The translations under genes and the position numbers were made by a program. Below the pieces are notes generated by a model, which was given only the letters and a program-made list of their open reading frames with translations, was not told where the DNA came from and searched no databases. DNA of 64,000 nt from Lepidodermella squamata. Taxonomy: Eukaryota > Animalia > Gastrotricha. The DNA is taken from assembly GCA_047495785.1 (NCBI GenBank), contig JBLDXI010000015.1, positions 4,464,001 through 4,528,000 on the forward strand, given 5' to 3'. Positions 11,200 through 24,534 of this stretch are shown in pieces (the stretch's first letter is position 1; each line of letters begins with the position of its first letter).

Positions 11200-14100
11200 A
11201 TATGATATAAAACCAAGCCCTTTGTCGCCAGCAAATTGACTGAAACTTTTCATTATAATCTTCTTCTCGTAAGGTTCTAAAGGCTCTTTTCTGTAATAAT
11301 CGAATATACAGTTATAGTTATATTAAGAGCTAAAAATTAACATTTCGCCTGTGTTGAATTGTAAATTATTTATTCTTCAAAATATATCGATTTTAATCAT
11401 TATTCGTGCCGTGCAGTTGCAGGGTTTCTCCAAATAGTTCATTGTCGCATCGTCTTGTGTTTCTGGTTACTCTTGGACGATAATGATAATGATAATAATA
11501 ATAATTTATTTGCCCAATTTAAGTGATATATACTTACACGCGCACTTTTTCTCGGGTCTTCTGACGCACTTCCACGCACGCATTGTTCGCGGCATCACCA
11601 CACTTATTTTCACCCACCAAAAGAAAGCAACAGTTGTAATCTCTCACGCAGCTTTTTTAGCTTAGCTCGACAATCGGTTTTCTTTATCTAATTATCGATG
11701 CTAATCTCGACTCTCGGGCTTATTTACAACCGCCACTGAGGTTGCTTTGCGAGTGGTTCTCTTCTTCATCATCTTCAATTGTCTATGAGTGGCAGAGGAA
11801 GCTCCTTGATGATATTTACCGATTATTCTTTGTTACAGCCTCGGAAAAATAAGTGTTATTTTCACGCTAATGAGAAAAATAACGTGTTATTACTATTGCT
11901 TATGTACAACAAGAAATAAAGCATCGGTGTTCTTGCAGTGAAGCTTGCCATTTATATGCCGTAACAGGTTTTGTTGTCACTTGGAGCATTCTGTCTCCGC
12001 CCAAATGTTATTGTACATTTCCTGTCACCTGCGCACAGAATTTTCTGCGATTCTTACTTCAAACAGCATGTGTTATCATCAAAATGATACGATGTTCATA
12101 TTTTTTGATAAACAAAAATGATTATTACGAGAATATTTGGGCTGGATATTTGGATGTTTTATTTACGAGGATGATGAACTCGCGAGTTGTCGGATTGACT
12201 CCAGAAAAATGTCCATTTTGATTAAAATCTATGATATATATGTATTACACCTTGCACTATTTTTTCACATTTGAAATGTAAACATAGATTAAAGCTCCTT
12301 TATTTATCTCCATTTATTATTATTGATATGTAAACCCACTTTTAGAAAAAACTAAAACCTTCCTTACAAAGCTGCTTAAATCTAAAAATTCAATTTTGGA
12401 AAGTGTGATGCTAAACTTTGGCTTGTGAAGTCACAGTTGAACGTTTACTCGATGGCCTTTTCATTTGACGGAGGTACAAATCTCACGAAGAGAAGTTGTC
12501 ATTTTCTTGACGGTCGCTATTACATATACATATATATTTATATACACTATAACTGCATATTTCATCCTTCATGTGTATACACAGATTAGAAATATACTTC
12601 GTTTCCTTATAGCATTATACACTTTCTCTGCCGCGTAGATGCTGCGTTATTTCTTCACACAAAATTCATCTTCGCTTCGCAATTACGAGTCCAGATAGTA
12701 TCACCAAAAATGGCAGAGCGTTGCCAATAAAACAATGCAATTGTTGCTTTCTTCTTCAGCCGAGACCACATTTGAAAGTTGAGATGAATTGTTACAGCCT
12801 GGTAGTTTGCTCTGAATCGCCTTATGAAGTTTCCAACTCCGATATTTTTCATCCACTGTAAATATCAACTTAATTGTTGCATTTATCTTGATAATTCGAA
12901 TCAAAACTAAGAGGTTAAGGTTTCACTGTATATAGCTAACTTCCGACTATTCTTAGCTTGGCTTACTTGTTGCCCTCCATATCGTTCACAACTTCGATTT
13001 ATTGTATACGATATATGACTATAACTTCGATTATTACTGTAAAATGCTGTATCCGCGCAGAGTGAATTGTTTGTTTATTGGCATTTTGGCGGAGAATAAT
13101 TGTAATAAGCATGTTTTTCTGCAAACCGCAATGGGTAGTTGAAATAAACACGGAGAGTCTTCTCGAACTTGTTTCTATTTTTTTGACAACGCGTGGGAGT
13201 TCAATGCAATTTTTCAACCGGCTGGGCGTAATTCGAAGCCCTAATTTTCGCCAGTAACCTTCGATTTTTATCCTTTAACATTCACTTTTTTCCAATATAT
13301 AGGTATTATTTATTAATGGGCTTTTCACCTGGATTTGTCAGTATAATAATTTTATTTTAGCAGAGAAAATTCGACGATTGTATTCATGTTATATGGATTA
13401 CCAGGTTCATCGACCTCCCTCTCTCTGTATTATTATTTCAGCGTTTTTTGCTTAATATGAATGCGTTGATAATATTAACATAGCGGTGTGTCCTTTTTAC
13501 TATTGCTGTACATCATGTTCTTTCGTTTGCCTTACATTATATTGAATTATTGCTACGCATTATGCGAACTAGTGCGCCGCGCTAAAGATGTAAAGGCAGT
13601 TTAATGATTTTCCCGTAGGCAGCGTGTTCTAAACATATTGATGCGAGCAAAAAATGAAGCGAACAAATGCTGCCCCTCCCGCTCGCGAATCGGCCTTGTA
13701 TTACCTAATAATTGTATGCCATTCAACGCCAAAGCGTTTCGAAGAAGAGAGCACTTGACCTGCAAACATAGAGCGCAAGCGGGCTGAATGAGCATTGAAC
13801 GCGCTGTTTTTCCTGTATATTTTCGAACAGTTCTCAATTTAAATGAGAGACCACTCGAGGAAAAGAAAATATTGAACTACCTGCCAAAAACTTGCGAAAA
13901 ATTGCATGAATGGAATAAAATTATGAATGCAAATTACGAGCAAGCGCAGTGAACATGGGACATGTTGCCAAGACACCAACCAATTCATAGGCGTTATGAG
14001 CGTTCTAATTCTTAATGAGATTTTGAATGTTATGAAAACGACCTTCTACGGTTGACTGAAATAGTGGTGGTCTAGGGACGGTTCATGAAACGATGGTGAT

Positions 14101-16408
14101 CGTAACTGTAGTAATAATAATAATAATTATGAGACGAATTCCCTTAGGAATGAGCAAGGCGTTGCAGATCAATAAAAACCTATGTAGACATTGATTTTTC
14201 GGCCAGCAATTAGTTACTCGGGACGTGATGTGGCGGCTCGACCGGTGGCCACGGCTGGCAGTCAGTATAACCCCATGCCGAGTTATTATTATTTGATTAC
14301 GACGTTGCGCAACCACTGAAGGAAAAGTAAATAATAATATTACAGTTCAGCGTTACTGCGCCTGTGAAGTCTCGCTTACTACTTCTCGTGTATAGCAGTA
14401 GTATTTCACATGGGGAGTTGTTGCTCCGAACTAGGGTGTCTGCTTACTACTAGGCGTGTTCTTCAAGGGTGCGCGTTCGCTCGCTGCTTGCTCACACACG
14501 CAGGACGATGGCGCTGATGCGATGAGGCGATCAATGCTGCTGCTGTTGCTGCCGCGGCTGCGTATTGCTTAGTCAGATTTACTGTTGTAATAATATTGCT
14601 ATTATTAAGGCAGCCGTTCAGATGCGGACTAGCGCGTGGCTCTAGTTTGTTTGGTTCACTCGCTGCTCTGGTTCTCGCCGCCTCAGTGCCACCTTAATAT
14701 TACTGGGGCGCGAACTCCTTGCACTTGGGCATCACGCGTCGCCTCCTGAACCCCGCTTGGTATAATAATATAAGTCTGATTATATACCGAAGAAGCCGCC
14801 GCTGCCTTTCCAGTCTATTATTATTATCATCATCCTCACTCGAACGATTTTCCGCGCCGCGTACCGACTCTCCGCGCCGTTTTGACCCTTCGCTCCCGAC
14901 CCACCCGCGCCCGCATGATGCTAATCGGCTTATTCGTTGTGTTGGCAAATCTCTCTCTGCGCGCCGGTTGTGTTATTCCAAGCCGTGGCAGTGATGAATT
15001 TTCATCGTTTTGGCGCCATTAATACATATTTTGCAGTAACGATATTGCGCCCATTCGCACGTCTTTTCGCCCGCGCGCGCACACACTAACACTAACTCGC
15101 ATACAGTCAACACGTTGAAACTGTTTCTACAACCCACCGCCATACGGTTTTGGCGTTCGCTCAAGTATTATCATTGCGGTTACGTTTTGTCGGTAGCGAA
15201 CAGTTTTGAATATATTTATTGCCGATTGTAGGTTTGAAGTTATGCGTGGTCAGCGCGAGCCGTGCACTGGCTACTGCTCGCTGCTGTGTGGCGTGTTTTA
15301 ATGCGGTGAAATAACAACACCGCGCCGGTATAACATTTCAGCAGCGTTACTGCTGCTACTACTTCCGTCATCGTTAAAGCACAAATAACAGATAGTTGTC
15401 TGTTCAGTCATCATTTATACATTACAGCCAGCTTAACGACTAACAGCGGTAATCATAATAATAATAGTAGGTAGTAGTAGTAGTAGTTGAAGAAACAGCA
15501 TTTCCATACCAACAAACGTTTTCATAACCCAAAATATTGTTATGAGCTTTCATTATTTATCCATATCCTGTATGAAAATACACACATACAAATATCATAA
15601 CAATGGTGGTGCTTGCGATCAGTGGTTTTTGCGGTTTTGGCGGGCCGGCGCAAAAACTAGTCATCGTTAGCAATGTTAACAAAACAATTTACGTCTACCT
15701 TGTTGGCGATTATTTATTTATTATATATTATCTTCGGGAACGAGCGTTTAGTATTGCGCTTCTCCTTCGCAGTGTATTAGCCGATTTTTAAGCTGCGGCG
15801 AGAACGTAAAAAGAGGATGAAGAACAAGAAGTCCGCGCTGTCTGTAATAGATCTTGATTATGCGAGGCGAGCGGGGATATTTTCTTACAATCGAATCTAA
15901 ATCCTTGAATATTACAAGCCATTTTTTCGTCATTATTCTTCGCTCATCATTGCATGTAGTGTATGTATCTCATGCGATTTTTTATATTTCATTATTATTG
16001 TTTTCCTTCGTTTTTAGTCCGTTAATAATACATCACGCATATACAACAAAATACTGCAACGGCTCTCGTTCCCTTTCTCGTCCGGCGCGTGAAACCGAGG
16101 GCCAAATTTATACCGCAAAATACAGACGCGAGAGCTATCTTTTATTAGCCGTTATTAGCAGTTGATATTAGAAAAACCAGCCCAGAAGCAGTCTGCTGCC
16201 ACTGTTTCCGCCTTCGCATCGACACGCACAGCTGCTGGCTTTCATTTTGTTATTTTTCCCGTAATTTGTTTTGGTAACAATCTTGCGTGTTGCCTCTACC
16301 GCCACTAGTACCACCACCAGACACGCAACAAGTTTTTCCCTATCCGTGTTAAGACCCATCATCATCATCATCGAAACGTATCGCTTTTCCAAACGGCAAT
16401 AAACCATC

Positions 16409-17599
16409 ATGGTTCATACGTTAATCATCAATCACGATTTGTCATCTTCGAACCCGAACATCGACTCCGGTAAGTCATTGCGCTACAGGTGGTTTTCTAG
16501 ACGATTCTCTTCATTTTTTTTGCGTAGGCAGTGGACGCAGGCCCTATCAATCCGGTTGTTTAGGGTGCCTGTCTCGGGTGCCATGTGTCTCGTTATCCTC
16601 GTGGATTCTGTTGTCTCTCGGATGCGGTCTTTACGTTGGAGGAACCGTCGTCGCCTTGAAATTTGTTCGGGAACTTTTTCACCCGGGTGGATCGCTCAAC
16701 AAAACATCACCTCTATTGTAATTCCTTAATTTTTTTCGCGAATTTTTCGATATAAATGATTTATTTATAGATTTTTCCCGTACTTCGAATATGCTGCAAT
16801 TGGAGTGGCGGGGCTCACTACGTTACTCGGGACCATGTTCCTAATAATTAATCACTTCTCGAGCGGTGAAACCAGCCGGCACACCCTGGTAACACCCGGC
16901 CGAAATGCGGGCGTTCGCTGCTGTGACGCGTTCTGCCTCATGCTTGCCTACGTGTTGCAACTCATCTGGACGCTGCTACTATGCATTCACGCGTTGCCGG
17001 TGTTAATTCTGTTAACGACCAGCTGGCTGCGCGATCCTACGCTACAACGCTGTATCGATCTGCGCCATTTCGGTATGCGAGCGAAGGCCGGTTCAATCAT
17101 CATGGTGACGAATCCTGGCATCGATTACAACAACACTGGAACGCATAATTCAACTGTTTCATACACGCTGAACGCCCCAGCTGCTACATCGGCTCACTTT
17201 TGCGGACGAGACTTGATCACCTACGAAGAAAGGGTACGTGTCCCTAGGTCTTGGTGATTTTTTAAATTAATTTTTAAATTTTTTTTAGAGTTTTACTTTG
17301 CTTACTGCATTTGGCTTGGCGTTAGTCGGAGCATTTCTAGTCATTATTGCGATGGTTTGTAATTAATTACACGATTCAAGCGCCACATTTTAATTATTAA
17401 TTAATCCTTACAGCTTAACTTCATCATCTGCCTAGCCGGAAACTTCAAACACGTGAAAGAAATCCGCCATTTGCCGTACACTCAGGACAGTTGCGGCGAC
17501 GATTACATGGACGGTCATAATGGCATGATGATTCCGACGAATGGCAACGGCATGGACCCGGGTACCTCGGCTAAAATGATGCTGAATACTTCGTTGTAG
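16409..17599 (+). CDS. Tetraspan M6/proteolipid (PLP/DM20 family) protein
   Basis: Spliced translation has GCLGCLSRVPCVSL, four hydrophobic segments, CIDLRHFG and a C-terminal ...NTSL*. Confidence 0.8.
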
Positions 17600-19057
17600 C
17601 GTCACTTGACCTCAGCATCGTTGTTTTCTTGTAATTTGAGTGTTGTCACTAGAAATCTTATTATTTGCTAAACATTTGTTGAAAAATCGTCTACTTTTAT
17701 CATTTGATAGCTTTGTTTTGTTTGTTGCGCGCTTGGAACGCCGAATCTCTCGAACGAAATCGATTTCTGACTACTAATGGTATTGAGGCGAATCAGTATG
17801 ATATGCAATTTCAGATCTAGCGTTTTATCATCTTTTACCTCTCGCAAATTCGATCGACTCTTAGAAAGTAGCCGAAATCGTTTTGGTGATTTTTTTGTAC
17901 TTCGAATTTTATGCCGAACAACGCATGTTTGAACATCTCTTGGCGCATCTGAATGAAATGATATTCTGTATATTTATGATTATATTATTGCAAAAAATGG
18001 GAGAAAATGGCGCTATGTTGTTTTACGAAGAAGAAATCGATTCATTTTCTCACGTTTTTCGGTACTCTCATTTTGTTTTATACAGTCGAGAGATGAATTA
18101 ATGCGGAAAGCACTTGAAATGCAGTTTTATCGATATCCGAAATATTTCATCGTTTGTTATAATTGGAGACGATAAATCAAAATGCAGCCAAATTGTAAAT
18201 ATATTCTGACAGATTTATGAAATATAAAAAGTTTTGGCGGTGTAGCTCCGTGCATTTTTGATATCCATCGCACTTGGTTCGCACTTGTCGCCTGGTTGGT
18301 ATTTTTCTAATGAATGAACTTTCTCTGGCTGAGAAATTTGCAAGCTGCTTTCCGGTGAATCATAATTATATGATTCATTTGCGTAGCCGCAGCTGAATAA
18401 CCATTTCATTCTTGTTTATTCGGAAACTCTTCCAAACAGCAACTCGCCCATATCAAGTGGGCACGGTGATGAGCCGATTGATGAAGATGTCGGCAGAATT
18501 TTAAGAGGTCCAGTCTAATGAGGGCGTAGTTTTACGTCATCTTCACAGATCCACATACGTACTGGGGCCATAACACGTCAATTCATTTCAAATTAACCAC
18601 ACCAGAAGAAAACGCACTACACGAGTTGGCAACAACCCAGAGCGCTCAAATGCTGACACGTATTTGAAATTGGTAAAAAGAAATTCTTAAAATAGAAAAA
18701 CTGGGCGAAAACGTGTTCACAATAACAGGTTAAGCTTATGAAGCGAAATGAAGCAGATGCATAAAAAATAGCGTCGTAACCAATCGAAACTGCGGAATAT
18801 TTTCTGGCACAGGGAGCACATAAGGACCACTTGAAAGGCGCTAATTTATAGGGAAATACGTGAAATTCCCCGTCCTTTGCATAGCTTCAGGCGAAGCCCT
18901 CAAGCCCTTTCGGAATTGGTCAATCATTTTTATTCTTTTCCTGGGCATGGAAAAATATAATTTATATCGAAAACAGGAAAAGAAGCGGATCGTGCCTCTC
19001 TTCAGTAGAGAGAAAATCACATGCACATCGAATCTGACAGAAATTAAACAGAATATC

Positions 19058-19283
19058 TTTTAGCTGAACCAAATTTGAATGCAGCGGAACCAAATCTGCA
19101 TGTTGCGGAACCTAATTTCAGAAAAGCAAAAGGTCGAATATTTCTGGGAAATTAAGGCAATGCAAGAAAATTAAGGGTTTATAATAAATTCTGCTGATCA
19201 ATCCTGACATCCTTGAAAGTTTCGAAAAGTGGTTTTAGGCCTATTGAAAATTCCAAAATTTGGTTCCGCTAAAAGTAAGACCC
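19058..19283. mobile_element. Degenerate MITE-like element
   Basis: Inverted repeat TTTTAGC(T/G)GAACCAAAT at about 19058 and about 19257-19274, internal GCGGAACC repeats, and a GAAATTAAACAG direct repeat on both sides. Confidence 0.4.
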
Positions 19284-19607
19284 GAAATTAAACAGCTCTC
19301 CGCAGGTCATTATAGATCCAAGGATTCGAGTTAACAGCAGCGGAAATCTTTCTCGGCATCATCAACATTCTGGTATGCATACAAGGAATAGATTTAGAAA
19401 AGTCAGTCATTCAGCCAGCCAGTCCTTTTTGCATCACCTCGCTGTTTCGAATTAAATTTCTTTGTTCACGCGCATATTTGTTCACACAGATGCACGGAGT
19501 GCGCGGATGAGAGCGCACTTCGTTGAAAATAGTAGCGTCGCAGAAATGACCTGCAGTAAGGCATTTAGCGATCTGAACTTCATTTTGTTTATCTATAATT
19601 TTAGCGA

Positions 19608-20574
19608 ATGGCTGATTCGGATCTGCAGTTGTTTATCGAAGTCATCAGTGTTTTTAATCGGATGGGCCCCCATACTCGCCGATTGGCAGTCGAAACAATT
19701 GCACGAGAGCGTCAGCTAGCTGTAGGAGAAGAACTCCCTGTTGTAGTCGTCGATGAACCACGCGCTCTAACTCAGACCAGTCAGCGGCCAACGTTCGAAG
19801 AAACTTCGATTCGTGCAGTTCGCTCGTCTAGTGATGAATATTCTGCTCAAGTTCTCAAGAGAATGAGGGCACCGTACACGCAATTTTCAAAAGATGAACT
19901 TGCTTTGCTGGAGAAAGTAATATATACTTGACTCACCTGTAATAGTTTAACCTGTGTCCCATACTCAAATAGTTGTTTCGTTCAACACATTACCCCACGA
20001 AACAGCAGGTCGAAGAATTGGCAAGAAAGTTGAACAGATCCGCGAAAAAGGTGAGCGCCTGGTGATTAGCACTCACGCTAGATAATTGAATTACATTTTA
20101 CGATCATATTGTTTGGTGATGCAATGGGATGACAAAAGCGTTTTGTATGCCTCAGATTTTTGGGTGGTTCATTCGTAAAAGGCAGATATTTCGGCTCAAG
20201 TCTAAACCTCCGGATTCGAATCCGGATTCGCCCGACCTTTCTGACTCGGCAGTGAAGATTCTGTGGAAGGTATCGTGACGTTACTAATGACTCTTAGTCT
20301 TGCAAGAACTAATGCACATTTCAGGCATTCGATACACTTCCTCGCCTAGGTGATCGCCGCGCTAAAACTCTCGCTGAGAAACTCAAACTGCCGAAATCTC
20401 AGGTAACTATACGATATCAATTTCTACTTAGATCTGCGGACTGTGATATCTTTATGGGAAACGACATCTTTATCGCCTCTCATTGCGTAAATTGAATTTT
20501 TATATTTTGTTCAACTGTAGATTCGAGCATGGTTTGCCAATAGAAACAATGAGATGGCGAAGAAACTTGGTTGA
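19608..20574 (+). CDS. Divergent double-homeodomain protein A; 5 coding exons
   Basis: HD1 RMRAPYTQFSKDELALLEK|LFRSTHYPTKQQVEELARKLNRSAKK|IFGWFIRKRQ. HD2 LSDSAVKILWK|AFDTLPRLGDRRAKTLAEKLKLPKSQ|IRAWFANRNNE. All introns are phase-0 GT-AG. Confidence 0.85.
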
Positions 20575-20618
20575 TGACGATCCAGCTGACAGCGGGGAAT
20601 TGTTGTTATTCCGCGGGC

Positions 20619-21160
20619 CAGAGGTGGAAACAGGTCGGAAAAACTCAACCCAACCCGATCGGCGACCCAACCGGCACCCAGGTCACCCACCGGCAACCCA
20701 AACCGGTAGAAAGCCGGTGTACCCACGCCGGTTTACCGGCTTTTTACCGGCTTTTTACCGGCTTTTTACCGGCTATTTACCGGCTATTTACCGGCTATTT
20801 ACCGGCTATTTACCGGTTTCAAGAGCACGTTTCCCAAACAAAAACAGCGTGAATCATGCAATCGCTCTCTTTATAATTCAAAATGCCTTTCAACCACTAT
20901 GAATCACCAAAATTCTAAAAATCAATTAGCGCAGGCCACTGATTGTTGATAAAAGCTTCCTTTCTACGCCTGTCACGAAGAATTTTTCGCGGAAGTCTCA
21001 CGACCGGTTCTATTCGCTAAATTTATGGCTTTCATGCCGAAAATTCCAATTTACCGGTCAACCGGCTGGAATTTAGTCAACCCATACCCAACCGGCGACC
21101 TGGCCCAACCGGCAACCGGGAGACTTACCGGCCGGTCAACCCGACCTGTTTCCACCTCTG
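20619..21160. mobile_element. hAT-superfamily MITE (542 bp)
   Basis: Perfect 20-bp TIRs CAGAGGTGGAAACAGGTCGG / CCGACCTGTTTCCACCTCTG, perfect 8-bp TSD CCGCGGGC (20611-20618, 21161-21168), and many ACCGG subterminal motifs. Confidence 0.92.
20732..20816. repeat. 11-bp tandem repeat (TTTACCGGCT[T/A]), about 8 copies, inside the MITE
   Basis: Directly visible in the sequence. Confidence 0.9.
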
Positions 21161-21297
21161 CCGCGGGCATATTGCATTTTTCCTTAACACTTGACACTTG
21201 ATCACAATTCAACCACGATCATTATCAATTATGATGACTTGATAATTTACATTTCGATGTAGTATTATTGATTTCACGTTTCACGCCTTTCGCTGGT

Positions 21298-22403
21298 ATG
21301 GCAGCGGCGAACGATGAAACCGCGCTGTTCGTTGAATTTTGTAAAAAATACCGGATGCTCCCCGAGCTAACTAAACGCCGAGTTCTCGAAGTCGTGGAAA
21401 GCATATGCTTTCTCTCTCCGTCCGTTTCATCCAATCAACCAGTCGATCCTGGTAGTGGAAATCAGATTTCTGCAACGGAAACGGCGCAGGAGGCACATGA
21501 GGGTGATGAGACAACAAGATTGGCAGTGGATGATTCGACAATCAGCGCAGATGAGGAAATTACTGGTGTCACTGACGTTAGAAAAGTTAACAGGTCTGAT
21601 GGGTCGCCAGAAAGAAAAGTTGTGGAACTTCCGCATCGCATCGTCACAGGAGATTTAAGCCGTCCTCCGATGCGGCAAAATGTCGGGATTGGTTCGCGCA
21701 TTTTTTCAGTGGCTGGTCTCGCCTTCGTGAAAGAGGTTTTTCCCTTCCAAGTTTTTTCAAGGAAAATGTGACATGTTTGTTTTTGCCTATAAGCAATTCA
21801 AAGTGAATCCTTATCCGACAAAGCAGCAGTTTATAGCAATGTCTCGAACTTTGGGATGCAAGGTTTTCCAGGTATCAATTATCAAGCCGTTGTTTTGCTT
21901 ATTAGTTTTCATGATTTTATCCTGCTGAACGATTCTTCTTGTCGAGTCACCTTACAGGCCTTGAATAAAATTTTCCTGTTTTGCAGCTGAAAACGTGGTT
22001 CGCATACCAGCGTCGGTTCGATGGCTTGGCGAAAAAAAGGTTTGAGCTCTCAGAGAAAATTGCAATGGAAGCTGCTGGTGTTTCTAGTCCTGAAGAGCTG
22101 GAAGAATTTCGTAGGCGCGGCTGTTTCAGCGAGAAGGAAGCTGAATTCTTAGAGCAGGTACCTAGCTTTCTGTACGAATAGCTTAATTGTATGGCAATGT
22201 TTTTTAAAAGGAATATCAGCGATGCCCCAAGCCATCGAAGTCTGAGGTGTCTGTAATTGCTAACAAATTGGGCTGCAGCGATCGGCGGGTTAGTGAAATC
22301 AATCATGTTTGCCGGTTTATCTCAATTCCTATTCTCCATTCAGGTGGATATATGGTTCATAAACAGATTAAAGGACGAAGAAGATGACCAACAGACCGTG
22401 TGA
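21298..22403 (+). CDS. Divergent double-homeodomain protein B; 5 coding exons
   Basis: HD1 SRIFSVAGLAFVKE|QFKVNPYPTKQQFIAMSRTLGCKVFQ|LKTWFAYQRR. HD2 RRGCFSEKEAEFLEQ|EYQRCPKPSKSEVSVIANKLGCSDRR|VDIWFINRLK. Same intron positions as gene A. Confidence 0.85.
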
Positions 22404-22741
22404 TGTATGGCGAGCGTGCGAGTAAAATCACGAATAAAACTGTTCCTCTTTCTTATCTTTTCTTTGGGAATAGTGGAAATCTTCTAAGCTCCAATATTCG
22501 GAAATTGATCGCTCCAATTTAAAAATCACAAGATGCGCGAACATTCATCGGGCGGATGAGCTCAAAAACTTACCTCAACACGCAATTTTCTCGAGTTGTT
22601 TACAGTAGAGCCAAACCGACGTATTGTTGTTGTTTTCGAACAAAATCTAGTTTATTTAGCTGCCGGCATGCTGGAGCAGTTCATACACTGAATGCATGAA
22701 AATAAGAGACTGCGAGGGCGCATTCCTTGAATTTGAACAAA

Positions 22742-24289
22742 ATGCCGTCACCGGATTTTTTCAGAAGCGATCTCTATCGATATGGGCACATGATAGCCCT
22801 TAGCGCTCTGGTTGTAACATGCACAGTTATTTACTTTGCAACAAATAATACGTCGATATCATCAGTTCTTTCAGCCGCTCTTCGCACTGTTAGTGACTTG
22901 CCGTTACCAGGCGAAGATGAACAACAGCCGGATCCGAATAGCCAATATTCCAGCTTTTTCGACAAACCTTATAAATTGCAAGAGGAGGCACCTGCTACGC
23001 TAATCGTCCGGCCGAACATTGCTATCTACGAGGAATCCTGCAATAAGCTGTTCGAAATAGTAAACTGTTCCAGTTACAGCTTCAGATCGGACCAAATTAA
23101 TAAAAAATCAGTTTCAATGAGTGCGAATGGCGCTTTGGATTTCAGTCATGTTGTTTTGATTGTACACTATGCGGATCGAAATATGTACGCCTCGGCTGAA
23201 AGCACCTACGCACTATATTACAGGTATTTTCGAATGAGGTATCTCAGTAATTTTTTAATGCTTTCTTCGACAGAGTTTTTGCTGATGTTTTATTCTGCGG
23301 CCCTGATGCAGAAGACTCTCAGTTTCGAAGCTTCATAAACAATGGATCACACGAATTCTATAGATCCGCAAAATTCATACCTTACGGAATTTATGACTCG
23401 AGATCTGATGGAAATCCGTATCTCTGTATTTCAGTGGCTTCGGAAATTTACCCATCAATCGCGAATGACTACAAGGGCATTCTCCTCCTGACGGACAGCG
23501 TGGCCATAAATTATTGGAATTTTCGCAACTTGTCACTCGAGCGAAATTGGCTTGTCGAAGTTTCTGAAGACGTTGCTTTCGACGTTGATACGGTGAGATC
23601 ATTACTCTTTTTGAAAACTTCATTAGCACTCGTTTTCAGGGTTACATCTGCAATGGTTCGAATTTGACCAATTTTATCGATTGCAACCCGAATCGACCGG
23701 CGAATCTAAGCGGAAACCTGGTCAAAGTTCAAGAATTTTACAAAAGGCTGCACCACTTGTTTTCAATCAGTTACCACAGATCGGATAATGTGGCATTAGC
23801 TGCTGAATTCCCACATCCCAATCGAAGATTAGACAACTGGCCCGAATACTGGCTTCAGGTTCATCGGGCTCTCTCAAATGCGACGGGAGGTAGGTAATAA
23901 TGCTTCGAGGCTCAGGGTCTATTGCGGGATTTTTTCTGTAAATAGGTGAACGTCGCTTGAGAGTTGGCGATTCCAAAGATCGGCGATCTATCATCTATAT
24001 TACTCAAAAGAGTCTCAAAGATTCCGTACCACTGCTCGAGCTTTTTGGAAGGTATAAGATTCCGTCGGAAATCGCTGTGCCAACCGTGGTCAGAAGTATA
24101 TCTAGAACAAATGGGGTTGAAATCTTGAACATTGCTACTCCGCAAGTTCGGAAGTACTTTGCGAGATCTATTCGAGTAAAATCAGCAGACTTCGCGAGAA
24201 ATCTCAATGGGACGAGTGACGCCAAGGAGGCAAGTTGCCTGTTCTGCCAAGCACTACAGATGGGATCATTTTATTCTCAAATGACTTGA
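22742..24289 (+). CDS. Type II membrane protein related to the STELLO/DUF288 C-terminal domain (putative glycosyltransferase-like)
   Basis: N-terminal TM, then VVLIVHY, VLFCGP, YKGILLLTDSVAINYWNF and IIYIT...F....IPSEIAVPTVV. These match motifs recalled for this family. Confidence 0.6.
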
Positions 24290-24534
24290 AACCTCTGAAG
24301 AGAATAACAAAATAATCATCCGTTTATTGCAAGAATATTCGCTCTGTTACAGAAATATTATTTAAATAGTAACCGGGAAATGTTTTAAATGACGCAGAGA
24401 AGTCGCTCTTAAATTTGAAAAAGCTATACAAAAACTAATAATGCAAGATATAACTATAATCATCAATAAATTTCGTTAAATAAAGGTCAGCGCATTGATA
24501 CGATTGGCTACACCACGATTTCTCGGTTTCAGGT

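Noticed and set aside
11200-16400. Many 60-100 aa ORFs between DUSP and M6, and similar ones around cyclin D
   Set aside because: Low-complexity with no motifs; more consistent with UTR or regulatory DNA.
20732-20816. Regular repeat array resembling CRISPR or coding repeats (ORFs 20483 and 20571)
   Set aside because: No spacers; it is a minisatellite within a MITE, so the ORFs are spurious.
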